Source: Schmidtea polychroa
Lineage: Eukaryota
Length of the DNA stretch: 64,000 bases
Assembly: GCA_044892525.1 (NCBI GenBank)
Contig: CM097885.1
Location: 252,464,001 to 252,528,000 of the forward strand
Direction: 5' to 3'
Below, one piece after another: positions 61,001-64,000 of the stretch (position 1 is its first letter; each line of letters opens with the position of its first letter). The position numbers and the translations under genes were made by a program. Under the pieces are notes generated by a model. The model was not told where the DNA came from, made no database searches, and was given only the letters and a program-made list of their open reading frames with translations.

Positions 61001-62760
61001 ATCATCATCATCAGCAAATCAAGCAGCAATTTATCATGTACTGAATTATGTTTTTTTAATCAATGTTTTTAAAATCAATTATATTTTTTGGAAATTTTTT
61101 TAGCAATTTTACAAATGGCTTACAAGTAATTTTTTTTATTTAAAGTAATTTTTAAGACTCGAATTCTGATCTATATGAGATATGAGATCATTATTCAAGT
61201 TCTTAAATATTACTTTTAATCAACAATATAATTATAAATTATTTTTAATTAATTTCCAGGCTTTTTTAGGAATTTTATGTCTTTTATTAAAGTATTTTGG
61301 AATTATTTCGAAAAAATGTGAGTCCGATATATTTTTAATTATAATTAATTAATTAAATAAATCAATCAATGTATTTTTTTAAAACATTTTGGGAAAAATC
61401 GCTGATTAGAATAATTTTTTTAATTTTTGTAATTTTTTTTCTGAGCTCAATATGAGAGGATTCTTTAAGGAAATCAAATCTGGAGTAAAAAGATATTGAG
61501 CCAAATTCATCTGCTCTTGATATTTTCATTAAAAATATAATTTAAAAAATTTTCAACGATCTTTTTTTTCTAATAATTGTCTAAAATAGAATTATTATAG
61601 AAACGTATCTCATCGTTACAATTTTACGAATCAAAAGTTTGTATGTGTTTTTTATTATGTGTTGTGCTTGTGTGCATTTTTTAATTTTCCTTCCACTTTT
61701 CAGATTTCTATAATATAAGATGTATCTCATTGAGCTATAAATGAGAACATCAACGTGAAATCAAAGTAAGTATGTATGTTTCTATAATGTAAGATTATTG
61801 ATTTTTTTGTTATATTATAGGAAATGCATCTCAGTGGTGTTTGGTGTAATACATATTGGGAATAAAATAAACATACACGCACACTCAAATTTGTGATTGT
61901 GTGTATATCCCAGGAGCAAATGCAATGTTATTATTGTGCATATTAAAGCGACATATTTAATGTAATATTGATTTATAATTTTTTTAAATTTAATTTTAAA
62001 TCCCACCTTGAAAATTTAAATTTATTGACGCATTACTGTCACCATATTGATTTTTAGCTGTCACTTTGTATATTCCACTGAATTCTGGTTTAGTTTCTAA
62101 AATTTCCAGCTTTATTTCATATTTATCCTTAAATGGTGACGTCACGGTTATTTTTCGTAAATTGTCGGCAGTGAACGGTTTGTCATTAAAAAAATATAAT
62201 ATCTTCGGTTCTGGCGTTCCTTCCAATTGGCATCTAGCTACAATTCCTCCGTTTTCTTGTTTGATTTCTGGTACTTGAAGAAATTTTGGAGGTATTCCTT
62301 GCAATCTAAATTTATTGATAAAAATAGAAAAACAAAAAAATCTTTTTAATTACATTTTTGCGGGAGTAGCAATATTTAAGTTGATTGTGGCTGAGGTTTC
62401 CCCAATATCGCTTTTAGCGTGAACTTTGTATTCACCACTGTCAGTTCCAAGTATTCCAACGATTTCTAACATTAGCAAATATTCCGTTGGTTTTTTGGCA
62501 GTTGTTGATATTTTATATCTACCCCCGTTCATAATGTTTGTGACACCTTTTGACCATGTTATTTGAGATTCGGGATCGCTTACTAAAGTGATCTCAAAAA
62601 TTATATTCTTTCCTGCTTGTCTAATTTTTGGTTTTTCAGGAAATCTTGGAATTATCCCTAAATCAAAAGTTTAAAATTTAAACATTAATTATTGGTTAAC
62701 ATTCAATGTTATTGCATTTCAAAACAAAGTCAACATTATAAAAATAGTATTACCTGGCAT
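15577..62760 (-). CDS. unc-22: Twitchin / projectin / UNC-22-like giant muscle kinase (mini-titin), complete multi-exon CDS, about 4,530 aa
   Basis: Hand-traced GT-AG exons, phase-consistent at every junction, in transcription order: 62760-62754, 62657-62354, 62305-62007, 57697-57471, 57422-57334, 57282-57063, 57013-56926, 56873-56577, 56520-56413, 52125-52030, 51956-51692, 51643-51502, 51273-51091, 49367-49210, 49157-48908, 47620-47357, 47310-47163, 47114-46752, 46701-46504, 46437-45838, 45787-45675, 45618-45356, 45301-45105, 45058-44756, 43530-43135, 43080-42889, 42841-42737, 42689-42495, 42445-41855, 41807-41663, 41602-41445, 41397-~41247 (donor falls in gap), 40133-39982, 39937-39819, 39769-39521, 39460-39241, 39189-39001, 38957-38844, 37183-36884, 36830-36546, 36489-36301, 36251-36162, 36111-35809, 35757-35455, 32809-32525, 32478-31804, 29374-29281, 28328-28125, 28017-27876, 27817-27618, 27565-27413, 27363-27240, 27150-27048, 25015-24898, 24848-24655, 24605-24425, 24375-24200, 19950-19520, 18692-18539, 18490-18107, 18061-17948, 15815-15577. 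The sum is 13,599 nt, divisible by 3. Product is I-set Ig and Fn3 repeats plus a twitchin-type kinase followed by 5 Ig domains. The symbol is the nematode orthologue name; alternative exons may be missed. Confidence 0.93.
16530..16873 (-). pseudogene. Degenerate integrase-type (Ginger/KRBA2-like) transposase N-terminus with H2C2 zinc-binding motif
   Basis: MPARIQINTEAEYNSYVNFMVKGNLPD..., then EVHLASHMG [frameshift] ELQRRYYNIKQEHVKHVLDRFSICSRR...ITPII, fitting the H-x3-H-x-G...RYY.I...V..V..C..C pattern with one Cys lost. Confidence 0.55.
20061..22058. repeat. 14-bp minisatellite, about 143 units, consensus TATGAGCATTTGTA
   Basis: Tandem array with unit variants TAT/CAT/CTT/CTG/CGT-GAGC-(A/T)(T/C)-TTGTA. 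The unit at 22021 is exactly 140x14 bp from the first unit at 20061. Confidence 0.98.
22910..23373 (+). mobile_element. hAT transposase C-terminal dimerisation domain remnant plus 3' terminus
   Basis: RPTIVESKRAFSAAGLVCTKSRLNDESLDKLCF fits the hAT dimerisation motif (P.TSV.SER.FS.AG...R..L). TACCG/ACCGG subterminal repeats and terminal CTGCAATTCTA ending at 23373. More degraded transposase sequence probably extends upstream to about 22300. Confidence 0.75.
26056..26485. mobile_element. Mutator (MULE)-like MITE (430 bp)
   Basis: Inverted termini GGGACCCGTCAAAAGAGCGCAGACAAAAG vs reverse complement GGCACCCCGACAAAAGAGCGCCGACATAAG; perfect 9-bp direct flank CAAATTTGG (26047-26055 and 26486-26494). 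Confidence 0.75.
27048..29374 (-). CDS. unc-22: Twitchin Ser/Thr kinase domain (MLCK/titin-kinase family) with C-terminal autoinhibitory tail
   Basis: ELGSGAFGQVYRC (G-loop), FVAKFI (catalytic Lys), YIHLDLKPEN (catalytic loop), IKIIDFG, TTATAEFAAPE (twitchin-type activation segment), YTDMWAVGV, and regulatory tail IPGSRYEKVRQ...IGHIANYSSLRK. All catalytic residues are intact. Confidence 0.95.
29789..30020. mobile_element. piggyBac-type MITE (232 bp)
   Basis: TTAA-CCCATTTTTGCCC ... GGGCAAAAATGGG-TTAA: perfect 13-bp TIR and TTAA TSD. Confidence 0.88.
30288..31271 (+). mobile_element. Degenerate CMC (Chapaev3-like) DNA transposon remnant
   Basis: FPKLSSAKIIEGV...PQSRQLL and EYGERFHQEISEMEIRCKGK match the widespread FPKLS.AK.KEG.F.GPQIR ... 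SDE.GERFHQDI..ME.RY.GK transposase family. Possible CAC...GTG ends. The superfamily name is by recall. Confidence 0.6.
31553..31642. mobile_element. 90-bp hAT MITE
   Basis: 16-bp TIRs TAGGGTTGCCACATGT / ACGTGTGGCAACTCTA; perfect 8-bp TSD TCCTTATC; internal (A)GTAGGAC repeats. Confidence 0.88.
31804..49367 (-). CDS. unc-22: Twitchin central region: 5 tandem Ig, then Fn3/Ig super-repeats (15 Fn3 in total)
   Basis: Repeated Fn3 signatures (P..P..PL.V.....S..LSW.PP..DGG..I..Y.VEK.....W...........L..G..Y.FRV.A.N..G) and I-set signatures (P.P...W.K.G.....D.G.Y.....N..G). Order read: Ig x5, Fn Fn Ig Fn Fn Ig Fn Fn Fn Ig Fn Fn Ig Fn Fn Fn Ig Ig Fn Fn Ig Ig Fn. Confidence 0.92.
34207..34685 (-). mobile_element. 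Non-autonomous hAT Buster/Charlie element with an internal transposase fragment
   Basis: 15-bp TIRs CAGTGATTCTCAGCC / GGTTGAGAATCACTG; perfect 8-bp TSD TTCTAGAT (Buster-type TCTAGA target). Minus strand ~34640-34430 reads NFALQIDETTDITGKAQVIAFVKFIHENDIINQFLCCREELPDFTTGKHIFDTISSYL, which matches the region around the first catalytic Asp of Buster/SPIN transposases. Confidence 0.9.
34706..34943. mobile_element. hAT-type MITE, copy 2 (238 bp)
   Basis: Same family as 2847-3101, with a short internal deletion near the GGGCCCCC motif; TSD GTTTTGTT / ATTTTGTT. Confidence 0.9.
38527..38566 (+). ncRNA. Minimal type I hammerhead ribozyme (Penelope-like element type)
   Basis: TAGT-A-CTGATGA-GAG(acaaaag)CTC-GAAA-CTAG-TC/G-ACTA. 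The full conserved core is present (CUGAUGA 38532-38538, GAAA 38552-38555, UC 38560-38561). Stem II is GAG/CTC, stem III is replaced by the palindrome ACTAGT, and stem I is TAGT/ACTA with a G.A mismatch at the first pair. Confidence 0.75.
40302..40810 (-). CDS. Orphan ORF (at least 169 codons, runs into gap) inside a twitchin intron; product unknown, possibly TE- or virus-derived
   Basis: Starts aaaaATGAAA with no stop until the N-gap at 40301: MKNSCTFSSIIQDFANLIQSSENVIESSGEYYATSIRPSGDRIIAAK...EWLKQYYDDFTDDMITVVLDYISK. It has no Ig/Fn3 features, and the flanking twitchin exons join into one Fn3 domain without it. Confidence 0.55.
44090..44270 (+). pseudogene. Possible retroviral-type integrase core fragment
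   Basis: NIIQSDQGCTFS...KIKHIIHNQPETPRQK resembles the I.SD.G..F....GI.H....P..PQ motif around the second catalytic Asp. Confidence 0.35.
48274..48513. mobile_element. piggyBac-type MITE (240 bp), different family
   Basis: TTAA-CCCTCTCCGTATA ... TACACGGAGAGGG-TTAA: 13-bp TIR with 1 mismatch and TTAA TSD. Confidence 0.85.
49829..50288 (+). mobile_element. Helitron remnant
   Basis: ETDEARRQANAANQRQRRQ-type repeats typical of RepHel N-termini; 3' end with an imperfect GC hairpin (CCTGCC...GACGGGG) followed by CTAG|T at 50285-50289; TGTTTGTTTGT near the 5' end. Confidence 0.55.
51091..52125 (-). CDS. unc-22: Twitchin Ig6 plus unique linker with four RRxS PKA-consensus motifs (D1-like region)
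   Basis: Spliced translation: ...EEESEEDDALGELAVPSSKGSRRPSQIDLIKMNLKKVEKTEDGEPINVEKADSRRSSQTEMPKTAGLLDPKALESQLQQRRESMGSRRTSLADVIPGFPALKHHEKPKQ. Confidence 0.85.
54760..55090 (+). pseudogene. Highly degraded hAT transposase C-terminal remnant
   Basis: Ends ...EVASLKTISFEDIMEKFENY*, with an upstream VTT..VE-like segment. Weak similarity only. Confidence 0.35.
56413..62760 (-). CDS. unc-22: Twitchin N-terminal block: 7-nt coding first exon (ATG CCA G), Ig1-Ig5 and a Pro/Gln-rich linker
   Basis: MPGIIPRFPEKPKIRQAGKNIIFEITLVSDPESQITWSKG...DSGEYKVHAKS; PPKFLQVPEIKQ...FSGIYKVTAKN; PSFVDKIQ...; PTPPVVIGEP...DNGNYQC; PSFTIKLEP...FPDDSGNYSIEVKN; then EQDSPKQNNEEKSAPPAPQPFQAKVQQPSK. The start codon is inferred from ATGCCAG|GTAATA being in phase with exon 2. 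Confidence 0.85.
59066..59260 (+). pseudogene. hAT (Tip100/ZMYM-like) transposase C-terminus remnant
   Basis: LKLIKTLIDTMRTLKLRNIASVSIVHHVTDKIDFGNFAKIKPRK resembles LKLIKT.LR.TM...RL..LA..SI......IDF...FA..K.RK. A GGCCCCC-type terminal motif lies near 59780. Confidence 0.6.
60932..61846. mobile_element. TA-flanked non-autonomous TIR element (about 915 bp)
   Basis: Perfect 21-bp inverted repeat TACACCAAACACCACTGAGAT (60930-60950) / ATCTCAGTGGTGTTTGGTGTA (61828-61848) that extends imperfectly inward. Reads as TA|CACC...GGTG|TA, with internal GTATCTCA motif repeats. Confidence 0.75.
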
Positions 62761-64000
62761 TCTTGAAACGTTTAAAAATCAGTTGCTTTTACGAAATTAT
62801 TCCGAATCCTGAGAGTAATTAATTAGAAGAAAATTCTCAATTTTTCAATAACTTTAAAAATAAATTCGAAATACTTATGAAATCAGTTTTTCGTGCAGAA
62901 GTAGCACAAGAATCAAATGAGGATAAGTAAATAATATTTTGATTGTTTTCTGTTTATATACATCTATTTATACCTACACGACTTGATGGATTTCCTATAA
63001 AAACACACAAGTAAAAAGCGCGAACATGGTGCGCATCAATTCTGGCACACTAAATTATTAGAATCGCAGAATCAATGTTCGCGTCTGATTTTTGAACTTT
63101 CTCTCTGCAATGTTATGCATCGAGAAAAATTGATCGACGAATATTTCTTTTACTGGATATTAAAAAATTAGAATCGCCTGCTATTAATAATAATATAAGA
63201 GTGCATGGAAAATACTGGGATAGAAATCACACCGAGTATGTGTACATCGCCTGTATTGGTTAGTAGCATGCAAATAATCCAACCAAACACGTAGGTGTTT
63301 TGTGCTGACCCAGTCAAGATCATCCATTTGATCACTTTCAATCGATATTATACATCGAAATCATTTTTGTTACTGGAATTTTCAATTTTAAAAATCTCGA
63401 TTTTTGATTGGACAATTAGAAAATTCTAATGGAATAAATTCGTTGAACCAACAATGGAATCATTTCAGATATTTCCCATAAAATTATAGGGCTCTTCATT
63501 TAAGATTTTTCGATTCGGCTGCAATGAAGGAGACAGATAAATAGTTAATAAAATAAATGAAGAAATAAAATCATAAATAATTCACAGACATTGTAGTGTC
63601 TATGATTTGTGTAATATTTATAATTAATGAAACTGAAAATTCTCTTCCAATAATTTTGTAATTAAACATTAATTTTCCCGAGTGATGAGACAAGATAATA
63701 ATAGCTCATAGTCGTAAGAATTTCTCGTGGATCGCATAAAATTAGAAGAATTTGTTTATTTGTCTCTGAATCTGTTTTTGATCTGTAAAGAAAATAAAGC
63801 CATTCAACCATAAATATTTATCTTTTTTTAATTACATAATAATTGATTTTATTAAAAAGATCTAAATTATACAAACCTTGATTTATATGACAATTCTGAA
63901 CTGGTAAGAGTTCTTTTTGATTGGCTTTCCAAAAATATAATCGTAAATAAATATCTATTATTTACTCAACCTGTATTGTTTGCTTTTATTTTTATTGTTA

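Noticed and set aside
15509-62278. Plus-strand ORFs overlapping twitchin exons (e.g. 19446, 36521, 43293, 45960, 51779, 57511, 62066)
   Set aside because: Antisense shadows of the real minus-strand exons.
1-64000. CRISPR array, rRNA, tRNA, prokaryotic operons
   Set aside because: None seen. The only long repeat array has no unique spacers, and the locus is a spliceosomal-intron eukaryotic gene.

Overview
Very AT-rich eukaryotic (metazoan) draft-genome scaffold with nine N-gaps. It is not prokaryotic, and I found no rRNA, tRNA or CRISPR array. About 47 kb of the window is one complete, intron-rich minus-strand gene for a giant muscle protein of the twitchin/projectin/UNC-22 (mini-titin) family. 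I traced 62 coding exons by hand from ATG 62760 to TGA 15577; they sum to 13,599 nt (about 4,530 aa), with about 24 Ig domains, 15 Fn3 domains and an intact twitchin-type kinase. This architecture resembles molluscan catch-muscle twitchin and includes a D1-like PKA linker. Base composition, roughly 45-60 nt introns and the transposon mix suggest a flatworm such as a planarian (inference only). Introns and the left flank hold many DNA-transposon remnants and MITEs (hAT/Buster, piggyBac, MULE, Chapaev-like, Ginger-like, Helitron) and a 2-kb 14-bp minisatellite, which explains the three 650-aa ORFs in the track. The most unusual signals are four. (1) A minimal Penelope-type hammerhead ribozyme at 38527-38566, directly preceded by a 14-nt match to the U1 snRNA 5' end. 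(2) An orphan ORF of at least 169 codons with a GC-rich 16-bp hairpin, sitting between two gaps inside a twitchin intron. (3) A GC-rich island of unassigned ORFs at 10.3-11.7 kb followed by a cluster of stem-loops. (4) The catch-type phosphoregulatory linkers in twitchin itself.
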